Assembly: GCA_964501335.1 (NCBI GenBank)
Contig: CAZCTC010000023.1
Span: 23,216 to 87,215, forward strand
Direction: 5' to 3'
From: an uncultured Anaerolineales bacterium
GTDB lineage: Bacteria; Chloroflexota; Anaerolineae; B4-G1; SLSP01
Length of the DNA stretch: 64,000 nt
A model generated the notes under the pieces. It was not told the DNA's origin. It searched no databases and saw nothing but the letters and a program-made list of their open reading frames with translations. Positions 1 to 9,855 of the stretch are shown here, one piece after another (positions within the stretch are counted from its first letter, which is position 1; each line of letters opens with the position of its first letter). Made by a program: the position numbers and the translations under genes.

Positions 1-1098
1 CGTCCCGGCCATCCCGTCGTCATCGGCATGCTGGAATCCGGCATCCCCATCCTGGGCCTGCCCGGCTACCCGGTCTCCGCCTTCCTGACAGCCGAACTCT
101 TTGTGCGTCCGCTGTTGACCCGCTGGCAGGGCCTGCCCGCTTATCAACCGATCACGCTCGAAGCCCAGATCACCCGCAAACTGCTCTCGCCGGCCGGCGA
201 AGACGAATTTGTCCGCGTGGTGGTCGGCAAAGTCGGCGAGCGCACCCTGGCGGCCCCGCTCTCCCGCGGCGCCGGCGTTCTCAACTCGCTGGTCCGGGCC
301 GATGGCGTCGTCCGTATCCCGCGTTTTTCTGAAGGCGTAAATATCGGCGACACGGTAACCGTCGAACTTTCCCGCGCTCCCCACGCCATCGACCAGACCC
401 TGCTGGCCATCGGCAGCCACGACCTGGCGCTCGACCTGATGGCCCAATTCCTGACCGAAGCCGAACCACCCCGCCGCCTGGTCAGCGCCAATGCCGGCAG
501 TCTGGGTGGATTGCTCGCCCTGCGCCGCGGAGAAGCCCATCTGGCCGGCTCCCACCTGCTCGACCCGGAAACAGGGGAATACAACCTTCCCTATATCCAA
601 CGTACCCTGCCGGACACTCCCGTCACCGTCGTCACGCTGACGTTACGGGAACAGGGCCTGATCGTACCGGCCGGCAATCCTAAAGGAATACAGGGACTGC
701 ACGATTTAAATCGAACGGAACTGACCTATGTCAATCGGCAAAAGGGATCGGGCACCCGAATCCTGTTGGATTATGAACTCGGAAAAATGGGCCTTCTCCC
801 TACGCACATCCGCGGATATGACCGCGAAGAAGTGACCCATCTGGCCGTTGCCGTGGCGATCGCTACCGGCCGGGCCGACTGCGGCCTGGGAGTCCGGGGC
901 GCTGCGGCGGCCCTCGGCCTTGATTTTATACCCGTAGCCTGGGAACGCTATGATCTGGTCATCCCGCGCCATTTTTGGGAATCCGAACTGCTGGCTCCCT
1001 TGCACACCCTGCTGCAAAATCCGCAGTTCCGCGCTGCAGTAGCCGGGGTCCCCGGTTACAATCCGGCCCCCATGGGACAGATTGTAACGACCTTTTAA
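1..1098 (+). CDS. moeA: MoeA-type molybdopterin molybdenumtransferase, C-terminal part (5' end lies outside the window), fused to a periplasmic-binding-protein-like domain
   Basis: Frame 1 is open from base 1. GLPGYPVSAFLTAELFVRPLL resembles the MoeA domain III/IV signature. The C-terminal ~230 aa (GSHDLALDL...YVNRQKGSGTR) look like a PBP/molybdate-binding-like domain. Confidence 0.7.
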   Translation, partial: RPGHPVVIGMLESGIPILGLPGYPVSAFLTAELFVRPLLTRWQGLPAYQPITLEAQITRKLLSPAGEDEFVRVVVGKVGERTLAAPLSRGAGVLNSLVRADGVVRIPRFSEGVNIGDTVTVELSRAPHAIDQTLLAIGSHDLALDLMAQFLTEAEPPRRLVSANAGSLGGLLALRRGEAHLAGSHLLDPETGEYNLPYIQRTLPDTPVTVVTLTLREQGLIVPAGNPKGIQGLHDLNRTELTYVNRQKGSGTRILLDYELGKMGLLPTHIRGYDREEVTHLAVAVAIATGRADCGLGVRGAAAALGLDFIPVAWERYDLVIPRHFWESELLAPLHTLLQNPQFRAAVAGVPGYNPAPMGQIVTTF

Positions 1099-1243
1099 AT
1101 AGAATCCGTTCCCGGCTGACCTGAACCGGCCGTCAGCCCGGAAAAACAGAAAAACCTTTGTTTTCGTACCTGTAAAAATACCCGCGAAAACATAAACAAA
1201 AAAACCAGACACCAGATCATAACCGGTAAGGTTGGAGGTTACT

Positions 1244-2083
1244 TTGAAATTCACAAAACAACAAAAGATAATTCTGGGCGCGATGACAGGCGTTACACTG
1301 CTGGTCCTCATATCGACCATTGCCGTGATCTTTGTAGTATGGCAAGATTTCAACACTCAGGTAACCGTCATCCCTACCATGGTCATCGCCGAAAACACCC
1401 CCGTACCGGCAACCATTCCCACCTGGACCCCGACCCCCACCTTCACCCCGATCCCCACCCCACTGCCCCGGGAAACCCGTACGCCCACCCCGACGCCGAC
1501 CCGTTTCCCCACCCGCACTCCCACCCCCACCGCCACCCCGGTCCCCGTCGAATTGATCAATCCGGAATTCGATATGATCATGCCCAACCGCATTCCCGGC
1601 TGGAAATGGGGCGCCGATGTCAATTACAAGCCCGGCGGCGCCTACGATCCCTCCACCTCATTTGCTGAACCGATGTTCAACCTGGCAGATGATCCCGCCC
1701 GGTACATCAATAACTCAACCCTGAAAATTGAAACCGTTCGCTGGTTAAAATTCCGCACCTGGATCTACCAGACCATCACCGTTACCGCCGGTTCAAATAT
1801 TCAGTTCCAGATCAAATCCAGTGCCTTCTCTTCCATCGAACGAATTATCGTCAAAGCCGGCATCGATCCCAATGGCGGCGATGGTTGCGACCATGCCACC
1901 TGGGGAGAAGCCAAAGCCATCAACCAGGACGATGGCGTCGTAAAACTCAGTTCTCCGCGTGTAGCCGCCGGCAAAAACGGTCAGGTCACGGTCTGTTTCT
2001 ATGCCGAACCCCGCTATGCCGATATCAACAACGCCGCCTTCTTTGATCAGGCCGCGTTGATCATTGCGCAACCTCGCCCGTAG
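1244..2083 (+). CDS. Membrane-anchored hypothetical protein with a Pro/Thr-rich linker and a beta-rich (CBM-like) C-terminal domain
   Basis: N-terminal TM segment (GVTLLVLISTIAVIFVV) followed by a ~60-aa PT repeat linker. GGAGG lies 5 nt upstream of the TTG at 1244. Alternative starts are 1232 or the ATG at 1283. Confidence 0.55.
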   Translation: MKFTKQQKIILGAMTGVTLLVLISTIAVIFVVWQDFNTQVTVIPTMVIAENTPVPATIPTWTPTPTFTPIPTPLPRETRTPTPTPTRFPTRTPTPTATPVPVELINPEFDMIMPNRIPGWKWGADVNYKPGGAYDPSTSFAEPMFNLADDPARYINNSTLKIETVRWLKFRTWIYQTITVTAGSNIQFQIKSSAFSSIERIIVKAGIDPNGGDGCDHATWGEAKAINQDDGVVKLSSPRVAAGKNGQVTVCFYAEPRYADINNAAFFDQAALIIAQPRP

Positions 2084-2096
2084 AAAGGATAAAATC

Positions 2097-3161
2097 ATGG
2101 CAATGCCCCCTCAATTGTGCGATATCGTAGTTGTGGGTGCCGGCCTCACCGGAGCTTATGTAGCTCGGCGGCTGGCAGATAATGGGCTGAAGGTTGTAGT
2201 CCTGGAAGCCGCGGCGCAGGCCGGCGGCGCCGGAGCCCGCGGCGCCGGCCTGGCACTCTTAGGAACCGCAGAACCTTACGCCGACCTGATCACCCGGGTT
2301 GGCGCAGACAAAGCCCGGCAGACCTGGGATCTCACCCGCCAAAATCTGGAATTGCTTGCCACCGCCGCCGCCAAAGCCGGCATCACCTCTCAAGTGGTCG
2401 GTAGCTTCCGCCCCGTCAGCGACAGCTCAAACGCCCAAATCCTCAACCGTTCCGTAAGCCTGCTGGTACGGGAAGGCTTCGCCGTCGAACTGGATGATGC
2501 TACAGAACAGGGATTTTTGGTCGCCCTGCACACCTGCGAAGATCTGGCCTTCGCGCCGGCCACCCTGGCCCGGGCGCTGCTCAACCATCCCAACATCACG
2601 CTGCAATGCAACGCCGAAGTCCAGGAACTCAATCTCCGCGCTCCGGATCAGATCGACATCTGGATTCACAAGCAGTATCTCTGGAGCAAACAGGTCATCC
2701 TGACCTCAAACGCTCATATCCTGCATCTCAGTCCCCGCCTGGCTCCCTTACTGCAAACCCTTTCCATCCAGGCCGTCGATTGCCCCGCTCCGGGCCCCTT
2801 AACCATCCCCTGGGTACTGGAAGAAGGTCAAATTCTCATCCAGGCCCGGGATTCTCAATGGCGGCTGGTCGCCTTGCCGCGTAACACCCAAACAGATCCC
2901 TGGCCGTTGCTCTCCCGCGCCGCCGCACACTTCTGCCCGGAAGCCCCCATCCTGCATCGCTACAGCGGCTGGAACACCCAAAGTACGGATGGATTACCCA
3001 TCGTCGGCGCACTTCCCGATCTTCCCGGCGGCTATTTCATCGCCGGCCTGGGGCCATGGGGGCTCAGCTGGTCGCTCATCGCAGCCGAAAAGCTGGTCGA
3101 CTTAATTCTTACACAGGAAGATCCCGGGATGTTGTCGCTTAATCGCTTTCGTCAAGATTGA
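2097..3161 (+). CDS. FAD-dependent oxidoreductase (DAO / glycine-oxidase-like family)
   Basis: N-terminal dinucleotide fold DIVVVGAGLTGAYVARRLADNGLKVVVLEA. The ATG at 2097 is preceded by AAAGGA. Confidence 0.8.
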   Translation: MAMPPQLCDIVVVGAGLTGAYVARRLADNGLKVVVLEAAAQAGGAGARGAGLALLGTAEPYADLITRVGADKARQTWDLTRQNLELLATAAAKAGITSQVVGSFRPVSDSSNAQILNRSVSLLVREGFAVELDDATEQGFLVALHTCEDLAFAPATLARALLNHPNITLQCNAEVQELNLRAPDQIDIWIHKQYLWSKQVILTSNAHILHLSPRLAPLLQTLSIQAVDCPAPGPLTIPWVLEEGQILIQARDSQWRLVALPRNTQTDPWPLLSRAAAHFCPEAPILHRYSGWNTQSTDGLPIVGALPDLPGGYFIAGLGPWGLSWSLIAAEKLVDLILTQEDPGMLSLNRFRQD

Positions 3162-3348
3162 CTAACCATTTAGGACACTCCTGTGGTATACTGAATCGCA
3201 GGGAAGCTGGAAGAATAGAAGATAATAAGAGTTTGGTTCCAGCCTTCCTTTCTTCCAATTTTCCATAAAAGAACCGCCAGAAACTCCTGGAAAACAATGC
3301 CGATTTCCAATCATGGAAACTTGAATTACTTATTTTTAAGGAAAGGCC

Positions 3349-4074
3349 ATGACAGCGCCAGCGGAAAAAAGTTTGACCACCATTCAAGTCGTAATTGTTG
3401 ACGACCACCCGTTCTTCCGACAGGGTCTGCACGATGTGCTCAGTGCTGAGTCGGATATCAATGTGGTGGCCGAAAGTGGAGACGGGCAGGAAGCCGTTGA
3501 GTTGCTTTGCTCCGTTCGTCCTACCGTCGCCTTGATGGATGTCAATTTGCCCGGGCTCAACGGCCTTCAGGTCACAAAAAAGGTCAAAAACCGCTGCCCG
3601 GAAATCCAGTTCATCATCCTGACCGCTTACGATGACGACGAACAAATCTATCATGCCATTCGTATCGGCGCCTCCGCCTACTTCTCCAAAGATGTCGATC
3701 CCCAACGCCTGGTAGAAACTATTCGTACCGTCGCCCAGGGCTATTTTGTCATCGCCAACCAATCACTCACCCCCACTGAAGCTGAAAAATGGATTTTGGA
3801 ACGCTATCGCCGCTATGGCGTGGAACCCGATGACGATTCCTTCTCTCCGCTCACCGATCGGGAAATGGAAATTCTGGAACTCATCATCGAAGGAATGAGC
3901 AATAAAGAAATCGCCTATCGCCTGGGAATCAGCCAACAAACCGTCAAAAACCACATCACCTCCATCCTCTCTAAACTCAATCTGTCCGATCGTACTCAGG
4001 CGGCCATTTATGCTCTGCAACGCGGTTGGGTGCGGTTACCCTCACAACAGGCCCGCGAAAAGACAGATCACTAG
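3349..4074 (+). CDS. NarL/FixJ (LuxR-type HTH) family response regulator
   Basis: Receiver domain (VVIVDDHPFFRQGL...DVNLPGLNG) plus a LuxR HTH (LTDREMEILELIIEGMSNKEIAYRLGISQQTVKNH). Confidence 0.9.
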   Translation: MTAPAEKSLTTIQVVIVDDHPFFRQGLHDVLSAESDINVVAESGDGQEAVELLCSVRPTVALMDVNLPGLNGLQVTKKVKNRCPEIQFIILTAYDDDEQIYHAIRIGASAYFSKDVDPQRLVETIRTVAQGYFVIANQSLTPTEAEKWILERYRRYGVEPDDDSFSPLTDREMEILELIIEGMSNKEIAYRLGISQQTVKNHITSILSKLNLSDRTQAAIYALQRGWVRLPSQQAREKTDH

Positions 4075-4156
4075 CAGCAACTCGCCCCTCGTTTTTCAGG
4101 TGGCAGGTCGGTTTAATACACATTTCAGCCTAACGGCAGTACGTTGAAGGAGAAGC

Positions 4157-5206
4157 ATGACGGACGACAAGCGGCAACAATTACTGGAACCCCACCGCAA
4201 AGCGGCTGAGCTGGTTCAACGCGAACTCAAAGAAGTGGATATGCTCATCCAACAAACCACCTCCGAAGTGGAACGTTTGCAAACCCAAAACGCCCGCGCC
4301 GTAACGCGCGTTAAGCAGGTTGAATCCCAATTTGAAACGGTACCGCGTGAAGACATCAAAAGTGCTTACAACAGCCTGTTGGAAAACCAACAACGGCTCT
4401 TTACCATGCAGGGCCAGAAAGAAAAACTCCTCAGCGAACAAAAATCCCTGACCCGGCTGGCCGATGTCTACCAGAAACTCCTGGATAATTTCGATCCCCA
4501 GGAAAAACCGACACCTGGAAGTGCTCCCGCCCCCAGTCCTCAGGTCCAGATGAATGTCATCAACATCATCGAAGCCCAGGAACGCGAACGCCAGCGCCTC
4601 TCCCGCCAGATGCACGACGGCCCGGCCCAATCGTTGACCAATCTGGCCTTGCAGGCAGAAATCTGCGAACGGCTCTTCGATCGCGACCCGGAACGGGCCA
4701 AAATTGAACTGGGAGAACTACGCACCAGTGTCATCAACACTTTCCAGCGTGTCCGCGGCTTCATCTTCGATCTGCGGCCCATGATGTTGGATGATTTGGG
4801 ATTGGTCCCCACGCTTAAACGCTACGTCGAAGGCGTCACCGATAGTGGATTCTCCGGGGCTACCCTCTCCATCACCGGCCGGGAACGCCGTATCGCCCCT
4901 CATAAAGAAGTCACCATCTTCCGTGTCATCCAGGAACTCATCCATACCGGCCGGGAATACAGCCGGGCCTCCACCATCAAAATCGCCCTGGATATGGGAG
5001 AAACCCAGGCCCGCGTCGTCGTCGAAGATAACGGCAGCGGCTTCGATCTGGACGAAGAACTCACCAGCGCCGACGCCATGCGCCTGGGATTGCAGACCCT
5101 CAAAGAACGCATCGAAATGTTGGGCGGTCGCATCACCTTCGACAGCACCCCCGGGCGGGGGATGCGCATCACCTTTACGCTGCCGTTGGAAAAAGAAGAG
5201 CACTAA
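4157..5206 (+). CDS. Cytoplasmic HisKA_3-type sensor histidine kinase (DegS/NarX-like)
   Basis: Coiled-coil N-terminus, H-box RQRLSRQMHDGPAQSL, and a HATPase_c domain (VVEDNGSGF...GGRITFDSTPGRG). Adjacent to the NarL-type RR. Confidence 0.85.
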   Translation: MTDDKRQQLLEPHRKAAELVQRELKEVDMLIQQTTSEVERLQTQNARAVTRVKQVESQFETVPREDIKSAYNSLLENQQRLFTMQGQKEKLLSEQKSLTRLADVYQKLLDNFDPQEKPTPGSAPAPSPQVQMNVINIIEAQERERQRLSRQMHDGPAQSLTNLALQAEICERLFDRDPERAKIELGELRTSVINTFQRVRGFIFDLRPMMLDDLGLVPTLKRYVEGVTDSGFSGATLSITGRERRIAPHKEVTIFRVIQELIHTGREYSRASTIKIALDMGETQARVVVEDNGSGFDLDEELTSADAMRLGLQTLKERIEMLGGRITFDSTPGRGMRITFTLPLEKEEH

Positions 5207-5270
5207 AAATCCAACGCAGTCCAACCAACACTTGACAAAACTCCCCGTTTCGTGCTATATTATCATCGAA

Positions 5271-5308
5271 GAGCACTGGCGGGGAAAACCCGCCCGTGCT
5301 CATTTTTT
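5271..5308 (+). terminator. Intrinsic terminator downstream of the two-component operon
   Basis: GAGCACTGGCGGGG-AAAA-CCCGCCCGTGCTC stem-loop with one mismatch, followed by ATTTTTT. Confidence 0.7.
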
Positions 5309-5353
5309 CGGACCGACCCAGAGTGGTCGATCCTGGCCATTGGCCTGACCCAT

Positions 5354-5381
5354 TTGACAACTCAATGGATTCAACTATTCT
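5354..5381 (+). promoter_or_regulatory. Candidate sigma-70 promoter of rpoD
   Basis: TTGACA (5354-5359), a 16-nt spacer, then TATTCT (5376-5381), about 25 nt upstream of the GTG start. Confidence 0.35.
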
Positions 5382-5403
5382 CTAGAAGGCAGGCACACCG
5401 AGG

Positions 5404-6717
5404 GTGAAACGTCGTAACTTAATGGTTGACAAGGAACCGGACTTGACCGAGGAAGAAATTCTGGAAAGCGATCTGCTGGATGAAGAGCCCATCGAAGGCG
5501 AAGAAACGCTCGAGGAACCCCTTGAAGCGGCGCCTTTACCTGGGTTGGCTGAAGAGTCCGGCGAAGAATATCTCCTGGCCCTGGGTTATGAGCGAGGGTT
5601 TGTAACCTACGAGGATATCCTTAAAATCTTCCCCGAAGTGGAAGAGGATATCGATCGCCTCGATGAAATTATCAGCGCGCTCGTGGACGCCGGGATCACG
5701 GTGGGCGGCCCCAATGAGGAACGCCCCGCGGCCCTGCGCCTGCGCGATGAATTGGATGAGCTGGAAATCGAAGATGCGGAAAATGAAGAAGATATCTACC
5801 GCACCATCGAAATCGATGATACCATTGGGCTCTATCTCAAGGAAATCGGTAAAGTCCCCCTGCTGACCGCCGAAGAGGAAGTCTCTTTAGCGCAGCGAAT
5901 GGAACAGGGGAAACGCGCTCAAGCCAAGCTCAAAGATCGCAAAATCTCGCGCGACGAACGTCGCGAATTGGAACGCCAAAACGAAGACGGGATCGCGGCG
6001 CGCGAACATCTCATTCGCGCCAATTCCCGCCTGGTCATCAGTGTGGCAAAAAAATACATCGGCCGCGGAGTCCCTTTCCTGGATCTGATCCAGGAAGGTA
6101 ACATTGGGTTGATCCGGGCGGCCAATAAATTTGATTATCAACGTGGCCATAAATTCTCTACTTACGCTACCTGGTGGATTCGCCAGGCAGTCACCCGGGC
6201 CATCGCCGATCAAAGCCGCACCATTCGCGTTCCCGTTCATATGGGCGATCAAATCAACAAATTGCTGCGAGTTTCGCATCAATTAACCCAACGTCTGGGA
6301 CGAGAACCTTCACCGGAAGAACTGGCAGTGGAACTCGATATTCCGCTGCGCAAGGTCGAACAAATGCTGGATGTGGCCCGCCGGCCGTTGTCGTTGGAAA
6401 TGCCCACCGATGACGAAGAAGAAAGTACCCTCGGCGATTTTGTCGAAGATACGGAAAGCCCGGCCCCCCCCGATGAAGTCAGCTCGGCCATGCTACGGGA
6501 ATTGCTGCTGGAAATCCTGACCGAATTGCCGCCGCGGGAGGTCAAAATCCTCCAGATGCGCTACGGCTTGTTGGACGGACAGACCTACACTCTGGAAGAA
6601 GTAGGTAAAAAATTGGGCGTCACCCGCGAACGGGTGAGACAAATTGAAGCGCAGGCGTTAAGCCGTCTTCGCCATCCCGCCCACGCCCGCCGACTTCGGG
6701 ATTTCCTGAGAAGTTAA
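5404..6717 (+). CDS. rpoD: Primary RNA polymerase sigma factor (sigma-70 family, RpoD/SigA)
   Basis: Acidic N-terminus. Region 2 motifs: [53 protein letters not shown]. Region 4: [25 protein letters not shown]. Confidence 0.95.
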   Translation: MKRRNLMVDKEPDLTEEEILESDLLDEEPIEGEETLEEPLEAAPLPGLAEESGEEYLLALGYERGFVTYEDILKIFPEVEEDIDRLDEIISALVDAGITVGGPNEERPAALRLRDELDELEIEDAENEEDIYRTIEIDDTIGLYLKEIGKVPLLTAEEEVSLAQRMEQGKRAQAKLKDRKISRDERRELERQNEDGIAAREHLIRANSRLVISVAKKYIGRGVPFLDLIQEGNIGLIRAANKFDYQRGHKFSTYATWWIRQAVTRAIADQSRTIRVPVHMGDQINKLLRVSHQLTQRLGREPSPEELAVELDIPLRKVEQMLDVARRPLSLEMPTDDEEESTLGDFVEDTESPAPPDEVSSAMLRELLLEILTELPPREVKILQMRYGLLDGQTYTLEEVGKKLGVTRERVRQIEAQALSRLRHPAHARRLRDFLRS

Positions 6718-6722
6718 AAAAA

Positions 6723-6748
6723 AGACGCTCACATGAGCGTCTTTTTTT
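6723..6748. terminator. Bidirectional intrinsic terminator between convergent rpoD and tsaC
   Basis: AGACGCTCACATGAGCGTCT hairpin with an A-run upstream and a T7 run downstream. Confidence 0.8.
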
Positions 6749-6795
6749 AATCTCGACATGCATGGTTAGCCCCAAAGACAAGGAAAAAACTCATT

Positions 6796-7863
6796 CTAAC
6801 CTTCTGAAAGGATGATCACCTTACCGCCCGCCGCGCGGGTCAGACGATCGCGTACTGCCAGCCCCAACCCGACAGTCCCAAAATCCCGGGCCAGAATCAC
6901 CTGAACCCCGGCCTGATCCAACTGGCGCAAACAGACAAAAAGCTGTTGGGCCACAGCTTCAACTGCCGCTTCGGCTCCGGGAATCGCCATCGGCACCGCC
7001 AAATCGCCTAAAACCTCCCGATCCTCTTCTGCCAACAGCAAACCGACCGGCACACCTGCACCCTGTAACCGCAACGTTTCAGCCCGCAGCGCCGCCCACA
7101 GGGCCCTCCGAGAGCCTTGATAAAGATAAAGAGCCGCCCGGGGCGCATAATGCTGTAATAAAGTCCCGGGAGCGGGCGCTCCCCCCCCCTCAGAAGGCAC
7201 GACCGGCCGTTCCAACAGCATGACCGGCCCCAAAACCGCCTCCAGTGCTTCCCGGCCGATTCCGCCCGGCCGCAACACCACCGGCGGCGACTCGACCAGC
7301 GACAATACCGTCGATTCGACCCCGATGGCTGTCGGCCCGCCATCCAGAATCATATCGATCCGCCCATCCAGATCAGCCAGCACATCCTCCGCCCGCGTCG
7401 GACTGAGTCGACCGAAACGATTCGCACTCGGCGCCGCAACCGGCCTCCCCGTCGCCTTGATCAAAGTCAGAGCCACCGGATGAGCCGGCATCCGCACCGC
7501 CACCGTCTCGCCGCCGGCCGTCACCGCCAACGGCACATTGGAATGGCGCGGCAGCACCAGAGTCAACGGCCCCGGCCAGAACTGCGCCGCCAGTTTTAAG
7601 GCCAACGGCGGAACCGTCGCCGCCACCCGCTCCAGATCGTTCAGCGAGGCTACATGTACAATCAACGGATCGAAAGAGGGACGCTCTTTCGCCGCAAAAA
7701 TTCCCTTTACCGCTTCCACATTGAAAGCATCGGCTCCCAGACCATAGACGGTCTCCGTCGGAAAAGCCACCAATCCACCAGAACGCAAAACAACGGCGGC
7801 CCCTTCAATCAGGGCCGCCGCCGGTTGTTCCGCATCAAGGGTCAACATCCGGGTCGTCTTCAT
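6796..7863 (-). CDS. tsaC: L-threonylcarbamoyladenylate synthase (long Sua5/YwlC form with a C-terminal Sua5 domain)
   Basis: YrdC-fold signature GGLVAFPTETVYGLGADAF...APSANRFGRLSPT, plus a ~130-aa C-terminal extension. Confidence 0.9.
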   Translation of the reverse strand: MKTTRMLTLDAEQPAAALIEGAAVVLRSGGLVAFPTETVYGLGADAFNVEAVKGIFAAKERPSFDPLIVHVASLNDLERVAATVPPLALKLAAQFWPGPLTLVLPRHSNVPLAVTAGGETVAVRMPAHPVALTLIKATGRPVAAPSANRFGRLSPTRAEDVLADLDGRIDMILDGGPTAIGVESTVLSLVESPPVVLRPGGIGREALEAVLGPVMLLERPVVPSEGGGAPAPGTLLQHYAPRAALYLYQGSRRALWAALRAETLRLQGAGVPVGLLLAEEDREVLGDLAVPMAIPGAEAAVEAVAQQLFVCLRQLDQAGVQVILARDFGTVGLGLAVRDRLTRAAGGKVIILSEG

Positions 7864-7949
7864 CGCTCCCCCTGGCCCGACCCCAGATTAGAGAAATCCT
7901 CACGGCCACTCTCCCTGTCGGGCGGGGCTATTGTACCACAAAACCCGGG

Positions 7950-8204
7950 TCAAAAACGCAAAAATGCCAGGATGGCGGCTCCTGCCGCTAACGCCAGCAC
8001 GAACCACCCCAGCCCCTGTAACAACCAGACCACCCGTAATTGTTGCCCATGCTGACGGTGAAAACGCTTACCACGTTCTCGTGCCGCCGGATTGTCGACC
8101 TCAGCCCCAATCCCGTTAGCCAGCCACCAGGCCCGGGCACAAAAAACATACTGGCCCACTTCACTGGCCCGTAATGGCCGCTCGACAGGAAGGTCTTCAC
8201 TCAT
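7950..8204 (-). CDS. Small hypothetical protein with a C-terminal TM helix
   Basis: 84-aa ORF whose ATG overlaps the stop of the upstream gene (ATGA at 8201-8204). C-terminal hydrophobic segment WLLQGLGWFVLALAAGAAILAFL. No family recognised. Confidence 0.4.
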   Translation of the reverse strand: MSEDLPVERPLRASEVGQYVFCARAWWLANGIGAEVDNPAARERGKRFHRQHGQQLRVVWLLQGLGWFVLALAAGAAILAFLRF

Positions 8205-8896
8205 TCGGTTGTCTCAGCAGCCGTTGCCGTCGGCCGTTCTACACGCAACGCCTTCAACAGACGTTCCGCCTGCAACCCATTGGTCAAATCGCCCCGAGTG
8301 CGTTCCAAAACGCCCCGCAATTGATCGACCCGATGGCGCAGGCCTCCGGTAATGGCATCCGGATAATCAAACGAAATTAACAGATCGTACACCGCATCCA
8401 TAGCAGTCAACAACCGTTCCGCCTCATCCATCCGCGATTGTCGCATGGCATCCAGACAACGGCGGCGCAATTCACTGGCGGCTTCACAGGCCCCATTTAA
8501 GTAAGTGGAATAAGGCACCCCGAGCGTTTCAGGAAAAGGCGGCGGAGTCCCCGCCACCAGCGCCAGCGTGACATGGGCCTCAACCAGCTCCTTTAACGCA
8601 TCCTGCGTATATCCCGCAAAGAAAAGATCGGGAAAGGTTTCCAGCGTAGCACGGAGTCCCGCGCCCACAGCATCGGCCTGCGCCAGCAAAGCCCGGGCTT
8701 CCGGCCATTCATCCCGATGCGCCGAACGGATAGCCGTCGAACAGAAACGGATCAACTCTCGACTTTGCACCAGGGCCTGATCCCGGGCGGTGTTACGAAT
8801 TTCAAAATCCCGCTGGGCAGCCTGTGCCAGCTGCTCTAACCATGTATCCAGATGAGCTTCCATAAATTCTCCGTTTTCCTGATGATATTTTCGCAT
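8201..8896 (-). CDS. Hypothetical all-helical protein, possibly translin-family
   Basis: 231-aa ORF with good coding appearance. Helical-bundle composition with weak resemblance to archaeal/bacterial translin-like proteins. The family assignment is tentative. Confidence 0.45.
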   Translation of the reverse strand: MRKYHQENGEFMEAHLDTWLEQLAQAAQRDFEIRNTARDQALVQSRELIRFCSTAIRSAHRDEWPEARALLAQADAVGAGLRATLETFPDLFFAGYTQDALKELVEAHVTLALVAGTPPPFPETLGVPYSTYLNGACEAASELRRRCLDAMRQSRMDEAERLLTAMDAVYDLLISFDYPDAITGGLRHRVDQLRGVLERTRGDLTNGLQAERLLKALRVERPTATAAETTE

Positions 8897-8918
8897 TCGG
8901 ATCGCCCGAAAATATCAA

Positions 8919-9251
8919 TCACCCCTCGGGAGTTCCCGGAGGGCGGACCCCCCCAAAGAAAGCCCGGGCCAGATCATCCCCGGGTTCTCCAGGAATAACG
9001 ATCTCCCCAAACGTGCTCTCATATTTGGTCAAATTCTCCTGCAAAGCCCGCAACAGCAACTTGGCATTGAGAGGCGTCATCACTACCCGGGCTTTCACCC
9101 GTACTTGAGAATGATTGGGCATCGTCTGAGCCAGATCGATGATGACCTCAGAAGGCGAATGGGTGATCAAAGCAAAATTAGAGTAGACCGGCTCAAGATT
9201 GCCGGGCAATTCCACGTTCAAGGATTTGGGCTTGGGAGCATCCATGGTCAC
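8919..9251 (-). CDS. DUF3467 domain protein
   Basis: VYSNFALITHSPSEVIIDLAQ...ARVVMTPLNAKLLLRAL matches the DUF3467 core pattern. Confidence 0.7.
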   Translation of the reverse strand: MTMDAPKPKSLNVELPGNLEPVYSNFALITHSPSEVIIDLAQTMPNHSQVRVKARVVMTPLNAKLLLRALQENLTKYESTFGEIVIPGEPGDDLARAFFGGVRPPGTPEG

Positions 9252-9270
9252 TCCTTGTAAAATAATATAA

Positions 9271-9307
9271 ATGTTTGCGCCCGACTCAATTTGCCGGGCG
9301 CAAACAT
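9271..9307 (-). terminator. Intrinsic terminator downstream of ssb
   Basis: 13-bp perfect stem ATGTTTGCGCCCG/CGGGCGCAAACAT. On the minus strand it is followed by TTATATTATTTT. Confidence 0.6.
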
Positions 9308-9351
9308 CTCGATTTTATCCTCGCTCGGGCTTGAGAGCCTGCCGGGTATTT

Positions 9352-9801
9352 TTAGAAGGGGATATTGTCTTCGTCGGGCAAAGAATCGGACCCGAAATCG
9401 TCGGAAGACCGACCGCCACCTCCGCCTCCACCACCGACCTCGGGGCCGCCTTCTCCCTTACCGGTCAGCAGTCGCAAATTCTCTGCCGTCAGTTCAAAAG
9501 AAGCACGCGGCTTGCCGTCCTGGGCGGTCCAGACCCGCGGCCCGCCCGTCTCTTTGTCAGGCTGTAGCCGGCCTTCTACCAAAACTTTGCTGCCTTTTTT
9601 GAGATATTGATTGGCAATTTCGGCCTGGCGGCGCCAGCACGTAACTCTGAACCAGATCGTCTCTTCTCCCTGCGAACCGTCGGGATTATTCCATCTCCGG
9701 TTGGTTGCGACGCTAAAAGTGGTCACCGGCGCCCCATCGGGTGTGTAACGCATTTCAGGGTCCCGCCCTAAGTTGCCGACAATGATTACTTTATGATACA
9801 T
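9352..9801 (-). CDS. ssb: Single-stranded DNA-binding protein
   Basis: OB-fold N-terminus MYHKVIIVGNLGRDPEMRYTPDGAPVTTFSVATNRRW, a Gly-rich linker, and an acidic tail ending DEDNIPF. Confidence 0.95.
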   Translation of the reverse strand: MYHKVIIVGNLGRDPEMRYTPDGAPVTTFSVATNRRWNNPDGSQGEETIWFRVTCWRRQAEIANQYLKKGSKVLVEGRLQPDKETGGPRVWTAQDGKPRASFELTAENLRLLTGKGEGGPEVGGGGGGGGRSSDDFGSDSLPDEDNIPF

Positions 9802-9855
9802 ACCGCCTCCTTTAAGAGTGGTTGCAATCCTTTCCGGATTGCTAACGGACTCGCC

